This document shows, piece by piece, positions 44,800-53,577 of a stretch of DNA of 64,000 nt (the stretch's first letter is position 1; the number at the start of each line of letters is the position of its first letter). Location: positions 1 to 64,000 of IMG/VR virus record IMGVR_UViG_3300035670_000127; one strand, written 5' to 3'. Below the pieces are notes generated by a model. It had not been told where the DNA came from. It was given only the letters and a program-made list of their open reading frames with translations, and searched no databases. The DNA is from a virus. Both the position numbers and the translations under genes were made by a program.

Positions 44800-45300
44800 T
44801 TAGGATTCTTTCCCAAGCCATTGGTCTCTCATTCTTTCATACTTCTTGAACCTTTCGGGTTCAAACAACCTACATAATTCCATTTCTTCTCCTTTTATCC
44901 ATGCGAATGGGGCTCTTTCAGCACCATCTCCGAAGTAGTGGCCCAAATTTTTGACCACGAATCCTTCGTGGTCTTCCAGCGCAACCATATAAACGGTTTC
45001 GGCTGGTGCGCCTATCCTTGCCACAACAACTTGTCCGCACCTCACCCCTCCTTTTGGGGTTGCGGAGTACGGTGTGTATCCGGTTTCCTCGCACACCTTA
45101 TGGACAAGCTGAATTGCAGGGGTGATGAGTCGATTTAAATCTGCGAAATGAGGGAGTCGTGTTATCTTGTCAACCCTTATGATCCTGTCATCTTCATCAC
45201 AAATGAGTCTCTCGAACCCGCGATGACGGTAAGAGAGTTCTACTGCATGGGTTTCCGTTTTTTCAAACGAAAATAAATCTGAAAAGCTGTCTAAAAACAT
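44800..45300 (-). CDS. Hypothetical protein
   Basis: AGAGGA RBS. Confidence 0.65.
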   Translation of the reverse strand: MFLDSFSDLFSFEKTETHAVELSYRHRGFERLICDEDDRIIRVDKITRLPHFADLNRLITPAIQLVHKVCEETGYTPYSATPKGGVRCGQVVVARIGAPAETVYMVALEDHEGFVVKNLGHYFGDGAERAPFAWIKGEEMELCRLFEPERFKKYERMRDQWLGKES

Positions 45301-45378
45301 GGTCGTTTCCTCTTTATTTTATTGGCGATAGTTAGGTTAGAAAATCACGTCCTCTTTTGGGGTTTGTTAAATTGGTTA

Positions 45379-45436
45379 GTGTTACTCTAAAATCACCCTG
45401 TGCCGGTCCCACGGAGTGACTTTAGACTAGCGGCTA
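45379..45436. repeat. Intergenic palindromic element, copy 1
   Basis: GTGTTACTCTAAAATCAC..GTGACTTTAGA..GGCTA. Confidence 0.75.
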
Positions 45437-45673
45437 ATCACCGTTAGAAAACAGCACCGTATCTGCCGCGTAATACCTCCCTTTGTCGTGCCAAAACGCG
45501 GTGATTCTATCCATTCCTTCGCAAAATCCGAAGGATGCAATGACCGTTTGGCCATTCGTTAATTCCACCTCTCGCTTAAAGAACTTCGGCGGGAGTGCGT
45601 TTAAAAAGGAATCAAACTCCTCCTCTGTTACCTCTACAATCTTTCCTTCTTGAATCTCTTTCCAGTTAATCAT
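45434..45673 (-). CDS. Small phage protein
   Basis: GAGGA RBS; EVTEEEFDSFLNALPP pattern. Confidence 0.65.
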   Translation of the reverse strand: MINWKEIQEGKIVEVTEEEFDSFLNALPPKFFKREVELTNGQTVIASFGFCEGMDRITAFWHDKGRYYAADTVLFSNGD

Positions 45674-45693
45674 ACTGTAGTCCTCGTTTATTG

Positions 45694-45742
45694 GTGTTAC
45701 TCTAAAGTCACCTCTAACCGAGTGACTTTAGAGTAACGGCTA
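45694..45742. repeat. Intergenic palindromic element, copy 2
   Basis: GTTACTCTAAAGTCAC and GTGACTTTAGAGTAAC form a 16-bp perfect stem. Confidence 0.8.
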
Positions 45743-46138
45743 TTACCGAGATGCCATGCAAGCCGCATCCGAGTTCCTGTGAGCTTTTCTTATGAGACCC
45801 ATCGTTTTGGAATTTTTTGGGAGTGGTGATAAAACGAAGTTGCCTTCGTGCGTCATCACCTCCAATACCTCCTTCTCTTTCACCGTCTTTGTAATCCCGT
45901 TGCCTTCGTAATAGGTTTGCCAAGTCACTCGGCAACCTTCATAGGTATCCCCAGATACAAACCCAAACCCACATTCACCCGACAAGATAATCCATGCCAC
46001 CGTTCTGGCGGTTTTTTCAGATACGGTGACTCCTTGTTTTCTTGATTCTCTCAAGATACTTCTAACGTAAACTTGAGTTGCTTCCTTAGAGTAAGAGGCG
46101 GATTGTTCTGCTAATGTTTCTGCTAGTGAGTATTTCAT
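45743..46138 (-). CDS. Hypothetical protein (MKYSLAET...)
   Basis: AAGGTG RBS before ATG 46138. The track start at 46180 lies inside the ribozyme. Confidence 0.65.
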   Translation of the reverse strand: MKYSLAETLAEQSASYSKEATQVYVRSILRESRKQGVTVSEKTARTVAWIILSGECGFGFVSGDTYEGCRVTWQTYYEGNGITKTVKEKEVLEVMTHEGNFVLSPLPKNSKTMGLIRKAHRNSDAACMASR

Positions 46139-46162
46139 GTAACACCTTGTTAATTTTTGAGG

Positions 46163-46229
46163 TAGCTGCCTCGTCAGCACCGGGAGTCAATTCTCGGTGG
46201 ACTCCCCAAACATCGGGGAGTTTCGGCTA
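46163..46229 (-). ncRNA. Type II hammerhead ribozyme
   Basis: Minus strand: GCC-GAAA-CUCCCC(loop)GGGGAG-UC-CACCGAGA(loop)..CGGUG-CUGACGA-GGC. The complete core is present (CUGANGA, GAAA, GUC cleavage triplet). Predicted cut between 46200 and 46199. Confidence 0.88.
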
Positions 46230-46474
46230 TTTATTTTGGGATGCAAGTTGAATTGCATCCGCTGGACTAACCCTATACCATTTGTTTGGGAAGTGTACCC
46301 ACATCGGGGAATCCAATACTATTGCTACGAAGCGACTTAAAACAGCACAAATTCCATTCTCTCGGTTTATAAATCCTTATGCAGTCTCGCGACTCTATAT
46401 CCATACACTTTACGCTTAACCGTGTCTCATCCGCGCTTCGCTGGCAATTGATAATTTTTTAGATTGTTACTTCA

Positions 46475-46510
46475 GTGTTACTCTAAAATCACCTCTAAAC
46501 GAGATGATTT
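46475..46510. repeat. Intergenic palindromic element, copy 3 (degenerate)
   Basis: GTGTTACTCTAAAATCACCTCTAAACGAGATGATTT. Confidence 0.65.
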
Positions 46511-46564
46511 CGTGGTTATTCGTTTGTAGTTACTTCGCTATCCATATAATAAGTCCATCCCTAA

Positions 46565-46882
46565 ATTTTTCAATACACTTTACTTTAAATATTTTCTATA
46601 CTAAAGTTTTCGTGTTATACTTTTTATTATTCAAGTATTGTGCCACACGCCAAAAGCTAATGAAAATGCGCCTGTAGCGAATGTGGCGGTTTTCACTTTT
46701 ATGACATTTTGTCAGCCTGTATTAGCATACTAATCGTGGGTCGGCGCATAAATAAAGGGTTTGCGGTATATTTGGCTGTTATGGCATTTTGTCACCTAGT
46801 CCAAGAAAGTTAATGGTGACGCGGGTTTTGATTATGACAAAATGTCAAAGCGATATTTTATAAGTAAAGTGTATTGAAAAAT
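46565..46882. promoter_or_regulatory. Divergent control region bounded by a 21-bp perfect inverted repeat, with three TGACA-N3-TGTCA operators
   Basis: AAGTAAAGTGTATTGAAAAAT at 46862-46882 and its inverse at 46565-46585. Palindromes at 46702-46714, 46782-46794 (one mismatch) and 46835-46847. Confidence 0.7.
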
Positions 46883-46942
46883 ATCAGATTGGCACTATAT
46901 TATAATCAATAAAATAATTCACATAAGCGCGGGTGTACACGC

Positions 46943-48301
46943 ATGAAAAAAGTAGCTAAGGTGCTGATTGTATCACCAAATCATCAGTTGTCATTACACA
47001 TCGGGGGTGTGGTAAAAAGGTGTGGTTATAGCGCACGGGTTATCTCGTCCGCTTTTGATATGAATGAATTGGATGAATACCAATTCGTTCTGGTTGACGA
47101 AGAATTTGTAGAGTTTGCAAGTGAGGGTTGGATTATCCTTTGCCGACAAGAAACCGCTGATTATCACCGTCAAAACGGCCTTATTCCTATCGTTAAGCCG
47201 TGCCTGCCCCATGATATTTACCGGTGCTTAGGGGTGTCCCCACCTAGCTTGTTAGTGGGCAGTTCCGAAGCGATGGTGTTGCTTCGGAAAATGGTTAGCA
47301 GACTTGCACCCCACGGGTTGCCTATTTACATTCATGGTGAGACGGGCGTGGGTAAAGAAGTGGTTGCAATGGAATTGCACAACCTGTCAGGCCGTCAGGG
47401 GGAGTTGGTCGTGGTCAATTGCGCCGGCTTTAGCAATGAGCTGTTAGCAAGCGAGTTGTTTGGACATGAAAAAGGCTCTTTCACGGGCGCGGATAAGGAG
47501 AAGAAGGGGTTATTTGAACTGGCGCACGGCGGAACTATCTTTTTAGATGAGATAGGTGATATGCCTCTCCAGTGCCAGGCGAAGTTATTGAGGGTTTTGG
47601 AAAATGGTACTTTCATGCGGGTGGGAGGGACTAAACAACTTTCCTCCAATGCCCGCGTGGTGTGCGCAACCCATTACTCGCTTCCTCAATTGGTTAAGGA
47701 GAAGCAATTTAGGGGTGACTTATACCAACGGTTAAACGGCTTTACGATTAACATACCACCTCTTAGGGAACGGCTAGGTGACGTGCCCGGACTGGTTCAG
47801 TCATTCCTGCCGGGCGTCGGCTTTACTGGGGAGGCAATGCAATACATGCAATCGCTTCGCTGGCCGGGCAATGTCAGGGAACTGAAACAGGTCTGCCAAC
47901 GGATTGAGATTTTTAGGGATGGGGAGGTGACTAAGGGTGTGGTCAAGATGGTCACCGACATTGACATCGTGGTTAATGATGCACTCCCACTACCTGAGTC
48001 CAAAGGAGGGGATCATCAAGAGATTATCGGTGCGTTAGCTAACCTCACTGCGACGCTATCTAGTATGCAAGCCGGCGGGGCAGTCAAGACAGTGGTGGCA
48101 GTTGAAAAAGAAGAGAGGTCGGTTAATAATGGTGTGGTGTTGAGATTTAACGGTGTACCCACTCGAAACGACGTAATGAGGGCTTACTTCAAGGAGGTTT
48201 ACGACCTTTGCGGGGGTAACATGAAACGAGTGGCAGAGGCAATGGGTATCTCTCGCACCACGTTGTACACAATGAGAAGCGAGTTAGAGTTAGAGGAATA
48301 A
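46943..48301 (+). CDS. sigma54-type enhancer-binding protein (NtrC family AAA+ with Fis HTH and a degenerate receiver)
   Basis: GETGVGKE; SELFGHEKGSFTGA; FLDEIGDM; FRGDLYQRL; WPGNVREL; GNMKRVAEAMGISRTTLY. Confidence 0.92.
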   Translation: MKKVAKVLIVSPNHQLSLHIGGVVKRCGYSARVISSAFDMNELDEYQFVLVDEEFVEFASEGWIILCRQETADYHRQNGLIPIVKPCLPHDIYRCLGVSPPSLLVGSSEAMVLLRKMVSRLAPHGLPIYIHGETGVGKEVVAMELHNLSGRQGELVVVNCAGFSNELLASELFGHEKGSFTGADKEKKGLFELAHGGTIFLDEIGDMPLQCQAKLLRVLENGTFMRVGGTKQLSSNARVVCATHYSLPQLVKEKQFRGDLYQRLNGFTINIPPLRERLGDVPGLVQSFLPGVGFTGEAMQYMQSLRWPGNVRELKQVCQRIEIFRDGEVTKGVVKMVTDIDIVVNDALPLPESKGGDHQEIIGALANLTATLSSMQAGGAVKTVVAVEKEERSVNNGVVLRFNGVPTRNDVMRAYFKEVYDLCGGNMKRVAEAMGISRTTLYTMRSELELEE

Positions 48302-48305
48302 AGGT

Positions 48306-48815
48306 ATGACTACCACAGAAAGAAGTAAGGGATTGATAGAAAGGGAGATGTTGAAGTTCCTTAGAAAACATCCACAGGCCGAGCTATTTTCAAGGGAGGC
48401 TATACTGGGTGAAGTTTTCACAAAAGGGGAATCTAACCTGTTAACACGGGTGCTAAAAAAGCATGGGTTCTATCCAATCAATTCACCGCAAGGGAGGCTT
48501 TGGAGCCGCAAGCCGCGTGGTGAAAAGTGGATTAACCCAAGGAGGGCGGTTTTAGAGGCGGTATTGGATTTATATCTAAGAAGCGAGAACCCAGAGGAGG
48601 TCACGACTCAAGAGTTCCTAACCCGCTTTTTACCCGATGCCGTGGCAACCCGGATGTCTGATAAACACCTCCTTGCAAGGATTTTGGAGAGTAAGGGATG
48701 GGCTAGGAAAAGTGAGGCTATGCCGCTTCTGAGAGGCACTCGAACGGCAATGGCTAGGGTGTGGATTAAACCTAAACCAAGACCCAAAAGACAGGAGGTT
48801 AAACCAGTAGAATAA
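48306..48815 (+). CDS. Basic DNA-binding-like protein with two winged-helix-like repeats
   Basis: Two similar ..L.R.L...G[FW]..R.W units, reminiscent of primase/VapE C-terminal domains. Confidence 0.5.
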   Translation: MTTTERSKGLIEREMLKFLRKHPQAELFSREAILGEVFTKGESNLLTRVLKKHGFYPINSPQGRLWSRKPRGEKWINPRRAVLEAVLDLYLRSENPEEVTTQEFLTRFLPDAVATRMSDKHLLARILESKGWARKSEAMPLLRGTRTAMARVWIKPKPRPKRQEVKPVE

Positions 48816-48821
48816 GTGAGA

Positions 48822-48850
48822 GGCCGTCAGCTAAATTGACGGCCATTTTT
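48822..48850 (+). terminator. Rho-independent terminator
   Basis: GGCCGTCA and TGACGGCC followed by a T run. Confidence 0.7.
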
Positions 48851-49701
48851 TATTGCCCAGAGGCGGTGGCAAAATCGGCTTTGACAGTGGGTTGTATATA
48901 AGCTGGTAGGGTACTCACTCTGCTTTGTATTGCCTCGTTTGCTACTTGAGTGCCTCCCAGTCCCTTCGCATAGTTGAACCCAGGGGAAGTGCCGACTGGA
49001 ATAGATTCTGTTTTGCCAGTGTGGGGATTGGTATGGGTATAAGTGTCCTTCATACTCACTTGTTTAGTCTCCCCATTTTTCCCCTTGTAGGTCATCTTAT
49101 CGTTATCCGGGTCGAATGGGGTTAAGCCGTGCCTTTCCATTTGAGAGACTGAAAAACTCCTTAATTCGCAACGGCAACGGTGGTGAAAAGGCGGACCCCC
49201 GCGACTACCCCATTGCTGAATAGTCATACTCACACCTCCCATCATTGCACAATTGCCACATGTCCTTGCGCCGCCAGCCGTCATTAGGCTGGCATAAGGG
49301 CGAGTGTCAGCCGTCTCCCGCATACGTTGCATAATCCCTGCATTTAACGCGGTGTGTAAATTCGTCTCATAAACCACCTCTGCGCGGCGTGCGATTCCCT
49401 CGCGGGGTTGGAATCCAGTTTTCTCTGCAATGGCCTTAAAATCGCGTTTAAAGTCGGCTAACGTGCCTCCGTTAGTCAACACGTTGTTTAGACTTTCGTG
49501 TACTTGTGTAATCGCGTCGGCACGTACCATTCCGGTTACATAAAAAGTTGTTTCTTGCAAGGCCGCTGCTACCTGCCCACGCATTTCAACTGGAATATCT
49601 AGTTTATTATTCAGTGTGTCAATCGCCTCGGTAAACTGCACCGTTTGCCAATCAAAATTACTGCCAGTGGATTGGGTTAAATTAGTTTCGTTAGGGTTCA
49701 T
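48850..49701 (-). CDS. Mu gp30/MuF-like head morphogenesis protein
   Basis: GGTLADFKRDF..RAEVVYETNLHTA..PPFHHRCRC..PGFNY. Confidence 0.88.
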   Translation of the reverse strand: MNPNETNLTQSTGSNFDWQTVQFTEAIDTLNNKLDIPVEMRGQVAAALQETTFYVTGMVRADAITQVHESLNNVLTNGGTLADFKRDFKAIAEKTGFQPREGIARRAEVVYETNLHTALNAGIMQRMRETADTRPYASLMTAGGARTCGNCAMMGGVSMTIQQWGSRGGPPFHHRCRCELRSFSVSQMERHGLTPFDPDNDKMTYKGKNGETKQVSMKDTYTHTNPHTGKTESIPVGTSPGFNYAKGLGGTQVANEAIQSRVSTLPAYIQPTVKADFATASGQ

Positions 49702-49768
49702 TTAAGTCACCTAGAGGGTTTGGTTAATTGATTGCTTGTCTTTGGGTAGAATACCCCTTTAGAAAATC

Positions 49769-50144
49769 TGTATAGACTGTATGCAGTCGGTTAATCGAAC
49801 CCCATACACGGAACCCTGCATATCTACAAGCCCCTATCCGTGCGGGTTTCCACCGTATAGGGTTCGATAATGGAGTGCATACGGTCCTATACAAATTCAC
49901 TTTTGTATTGGCCAACCCCATACTGGCAGTTTCATAAGAAACCTAGCAACGGCGCGGTGTTTAGTTAAATTAACCTCGCTGTCAGTGCGTATAGGGTTGT
50001 ATGCCGTAGTGGGTCTGTATAGACTGAAAACAGGATTTTACCGAATCCTAGAGTGCCCTGTTTATGCGGGTCTAGGGGATTCGATAATTGCGTTTAAAGA
50101 CCCTATTTTTACCAAACCCTATACAAGTCTATACAGTCTATACA
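49769..50144. repeat. Second cluster of TGTATAG-family iterons
   Basis: Copies at 49769, 49778, 49802, 49854, 49887, 49988, 49998, 50016, 50119, 50129 and 50138, in both orientations. Confidence 0.75.
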
Positions 50145-51952
50145 CTCACATCCGCCCATTGTTTTTCCTTTTCGTACCCCAATAGCCATGCCAAAACCAT
50201 CGATTCAGTCAAGGCGGTTTGCGCCTCTTTACGTGGGAGTTGATAGAATCGGATTAACTGAGTTTGTAGGTCGGCGACCGAGTCGGCTTTTTCAACTATG
50301 TCCACTAATCGTTCTAAGTCTTTAGCTAAGAAACGGCTGTAGCTTTTTGCCGACCTTAGTTTGATAATATCCAGTGGGTCATTAGGGGATAAGGTACTCA
50401 CCCAATCTCTATTCCCGGCACTGTATTCATGACCACATTCACCGCATTGGCAACCCTCCCCATGGTATGCTGAAAACGCCACCGTGTCTCGATGTTCAAG
50501 GTCGTCAGGAAGTGCGAGACCATCTTCAATTTGTCTCTCTTCTTGAGGTAGGTCGGCCTCTACCACATCTTGAACCGTTGGTTCATTGCTATCTGATTCA
50601 CTGCCAACCTGAGAGGATTCAGTCACCACCTGAGTCGCTTCCTCTAGCGAATCCCATTCACCCTCATACCCAGGTAAAATCGCCTCACCTTTGGTTGCTA
50701 ATTCTACTTGCAATCTATCGCTTACAAATTGCAATGGTAAGGGTAGGTACTTACGGATAATATCAAAACTCTCAGCCGCGGTCTTTTTAGCCTCACTTTC
50801 CTCGTAAAACTCAAAATAAGGAGATCTAACCTTCTCTCCAAAGTTAAACCGCGTGACTAAGAAAAAGAGGTGATTCATAGTGGAGGCTATCATCTTACGA
50901 TGCGCCTCGGTGACCATCCCTTCGGATTCCAAATGAGTAGCGGCGGCGGCCCGTGAGCCTTGGTCTGTGATTTCAACTCCTAAAGTAGAGGATAGAATCG
51001 CTTTGGATAACTCACTATTCACTAGGTCAATAAAGCCACTGTGAATCATTTTCTCACTCGTCTTAGCCTCCATAAATTCGACGGCGACGTTATCCGGGAC
51101 GGCGGCGCAAGCCGAATCTAACATGTTGCTTAACTGATTCAGAATGGTATCAATTGCCTCCGCTTTGGTGCCGGGTGGGTATTTACCAATTGCCCATGGA
51201 CTGCCATGCCGTTCGATAAATTTGACATAATACTCCATCACCATGCGCTTGAAATTCACTAGCCAATAGCAGGAGGATAGAGCGGCAAAACCGTAGGGAT
51301 TATCCACTGTCGCACGGTGGCGAGTAAGGAGGTAATTATTGGGGTGCAAGGGTTCACCTAAGAAGTTCCCACGAGTCCTGACCAAAGGGAGGCCGTAAGG
51401 TGTGAATAACACCCGTCGCCTGGGCACGTCAATCAATTCGATAGGTAACAGATACTTGCCTTTGTAATCCCAAACAATCTCCTTTAAATCAAAACCATAA
51501 AGGACGCATTCATAAACCTTAAAATAGAAGTCATCCCAGCTAAAGTTAGGGGAGGGTGGCGTATCCAAAATCTTTTCACACAATGCCGCGGCCAGCTTAT
51601 CTACTTTACGCAACCCGCCCGGCTGTACGTGCGTCTCAAAACGTACTAAACCGGCATACATTCTTTGGATAATGCCAGCGACATGCGCATCCTCTGCCAA
51701 CCTCTCATACACGGGCACGGTCTGGGCGTACCCTAGCCTAGCCAACGTTGGGTCGGGGTTAAGGACGTAAGGGAGAGCGTGAATGAAGTCAGGGTCGTTG
51801 TCGACGCTAGTGACTCGTTGCCCGGTCATCTCCCCAGTTGTATTCTCTTCCCCTTGTTGATAGGTTGGGATAGATAACGTTGGAAACGGCGCACTGAATT
51901 GATAGGCTTTTATTAACGAATCGTAAAGACTGGGTCGGTTAATGCTTTTCAT
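50138..51952 (-). CDS. Mu gp29-like (DUF935) portal protein
   Basis: NPDPTLARLG..DAHVAG..NPYGFAALSSCYW..FIERHGSPWAIGKYPPG..ELSKAILSSTL..GSRAAAATH. Confidence 0.9.
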   Translation of the reverse strand: MKSINRPSLYDSLIKAYQFSAPFPTLSIPTYQQGEENTTGEMTGQRVTSVDNDPDFIHALPYVLNPDPTLARLGYAQTVPVYERLAEDAHVAGIIQRMYAGLVRFETHVQPGGLRKVDKLAAALCEKILDTPPSPNFSWDDFYFKVYECVLYGFDLKEIVWDYKGKYLLPIELIDVPRRRVLFTPYGLPLVRTRGNFLGEPLHPNNYLLTRHRATVDNPYGFAALSSCYWLVNFKRMVMEYYVKFIERHGSPWAIGKYPPGTKAEAIDTILNQLSNMLDSACAAVPDNVAVEFMEAKTSEKMIHSGFIDLVNSELSKAILSSTLGVEITDQGSRAAAATHLESEGMVTEAHRKMIASTMNHLFFLVTRFNFGEKVRSPYFEFYEESEAKKTAAESFDIIRKYLPLPLQFVSDRLQVELATKGEAILPGYEGEWDSLEEATQVVTESSQVGSESDSNEPTVQDVVEADLPQEERQIEDGLALPDDLEHRDTVAFSAYHGEGCQCGECGHEYSAGNRDWVSTLSPNDPLDIIKLRSAKSYSRFLAKDLERLVDIVEKADSVADLQTQLIRFYQLPRKEAQTALTESMVLAWLLGYEKEKQWADVSV

Positions 51953-51954
51953 AT

Positions 51955-52299
51955 TTAGGTTACCTCTTTAGGTACGCTTCGCTTCAGCTCCCCATTGGCT
52001 TGCATGTACTCAACTAAGAGGTTCACGGCGGTACTCAATACACCGTCTTTTAGAGTGTACACGTTAGACAGTAGCTGGTGTTGCATGTCATCAATTCGCC
52101 GCATAACATACTTCTTTTTTTCTGCGCTACTGATGTCCAAACGAGCCGCCTCCCTAATCAGTTCATAGATAAGGGATTGTATGTCAGGGGTAATCAGTTT
52201 GTTGATAAGCAACCAAAGGAGGTCGGTATCATTTTGTGCATTAACCAACCCCTTTAACCACACCCATATCAACTTCAAATAATAGCTAAGAGTCTGCAT
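51955..52299 (-). CDS. Hypothetical protein
   Basis: GAGGAG RBS before ATG 52299. Confidence 0.6.
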   Translation of the reverse strand: MQTLSYYLKLIWVWLKGLVNAQNDTDLLWLLINKLITPDIQSLIYELIREAARLDISSAEKKKYVMRRIDDMQHQLLSNVYTLKDGVLSTAVNLLVEYMQANGELKRSVPKEVT

Positions 52300-52807
52300 T
52301 TTGCTTCTCCTCTTTGAATTTACATTTCGCACATTTGCACTTACGGCACTTAGATTGATGCCAGTTACTTTGGGTATATAATCGTCCCTTTAGAATCCGT
52401 GTAATAATCCCTTCCTTGCTATGGGGGTCGGTGGACTCATAAAAATTCAGTTCTAAATTGACTTGGAAAATGAGGTATAGTAACACGATGCCCTGGATAC
52501 TCTCCAATAGAGTCCACAATACATCAAGCGTATCACCAATTAACCCGCCGCTACCTTGCAACACCCAGCTCGTTTCTAGGAGGGCATACATGATAGTATA
52601 GAAAATGATAAGCACCACCCCGCGTCCCCGTTCCTGTTTGGTGATAGCGGGATTCTCCCACTTCTTTCTATTCATACGATACAGCGTGTAGATTCCAAAA
52701 GAAGCGGTGATTAGAAACAGTATGATGTTCCCTACCCCATTAGGGAATGCGAATAATAGCACTCCAATGGCAATTAAAAAATAGAGCGTCTGCCAATTAA
52801 TATTCAT
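52286..52807 (-). CDS. Multi-TM membrane protein (holin-like candidate)
   Basis: About four hydrophobic helices and a charged C-terminus. Confidence 0.55.
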   Translation of the reverse strand: MNINWQTLYFLIAIGVLLFAFPNGVGNIILFLITASFGIYTLYRMNRKKWENPAITKQERGRGVVLIIFYTIMYALLETSWVLQGSGGLIGDTLDVLWTLLESIQGIVLLYLIFQVNLELNFYESTDPHSKEGIITRILKGRLYTQSNWHQSKCRKCKCAKCKFKEEKQNADS

Positions 52808-53205
52808 TTGTCCTTACCTCTATTTGAATCATCAGTGGTGAGGGTTGTTTGCACTGGTGATTGGTCGACGTCGGTACGCTTTACGCTAGTTCCTCCCATT
52901 TCAATAGTCCCCTTCATATTATCAAACCGCCTCCTTAATAAAAAGAGAGCCTCATCGTGAAAAGCACCGGATAATACCGTAAATCCCATTTGCAGTTTAA
53001 CATCCACAAAGCCTGCGAGTAGGATATAGATAGTGGGTGACACAAAGCTAACTGACAATATGATTCGTCCTACTTGAAACCCGTTTCTAAAATCCTTTTT
53101 GGAGAGTGCGTTGACGAATGCACCTAGCAACCCTAATGTACATGAAATAGCTAAATTTACAATATGGTCGTGGTTTTCATTAATTAATTCCAGAATCACA
53201 TCCAT
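52804..53205 (-). CDS. Putative holin (three TM segments)
   Basis: Short TM helices with LGLLGA and SGAF motifs; hydrophilic tail. Confidence 0.55.
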   Translation of the reverse strand: MDVILELINENHDHIVNLAISCTLGLLGAFVNALSKKDFRNGFQVGRIILSVSFVSPTIYILLAGFVDVKLQMGFTVLSGAFHDEALFLLRRRFDNMKGTIEMGGTSVKRTDVDQSPVQTTLTTDDSNRGKDK

Positions 53206-53217
53206 TTAAATCTCCCT

Positions 53218-53577
53218 TTAATTTTTATCACCTGCCCGTTTCAAAGTGCGATTCCATACCGTGGTGAATCGTGGAACGTTCAATTGGCAGCCACGGTATT
53301 GCATAAGGAGTAGGGTGCGCGACTCAGTGGGCAGGGAGAGTAAAATTTGATAGATAGGATTATTGTGGTTACGTTGTAAAGTCGCCTCCTTTTTAGGGAT
53401 TCGTAGCTTGGTAGTGAGTAGGCAAATTTGCAAGGTACGGTCAATTCCAATAAGTGACACGAGAGGTCGAATCGCCTTTGGGAAGCAATCCGTGTCCACT
53501 CGTTCGAAAAAGACCTGTACCTTGTATTGCATACAGGCCGACATCATACCTTGTAATTCCTTACTTATGCTTTTCAT
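53218..53577 (-). CDS. Mu Mor/C-like transcription activator (N-terminal-domain-like)
   Basis: LVSLIGIDRTLQI..LRIPK..LLMQYRGCQLNVPR pattern. Confidence 0.5.
   Translation of the reverse strand: MKSISKELQGMMSACMQYKVQVFFERVDTDCFPKAIRPLVSLIGIDRTLQICLLTTKLRIPKKEATLQRNHNNPIYQILLSLPTESRTLLLMQYRGCQLNVPRFTTVWNRTLKRAGDKN

Noticed and set aside
46230-46470. Possible small gene upstream of the hammerhead
   Set aside because: The minus-strand frames I translated are short or broken, with no clear start; at most a decayed remnant.
45379-46510. CRISPR array or integron attC array
   Set aside because: The spacers are hundreds of bp of gene-like DNA, the repeats are degenerate, and no cas gene or integron integrase is in the window.
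46889-46906. sigma54 promoter at TTGGCACTATATTATAAT
   Set aside because: The -24 GG element is present but the -12 GC is absent.
49724-50185. Short ORFs 49724-49921 and 49985-50185
   Set aside because: They are translations of the iteron array.
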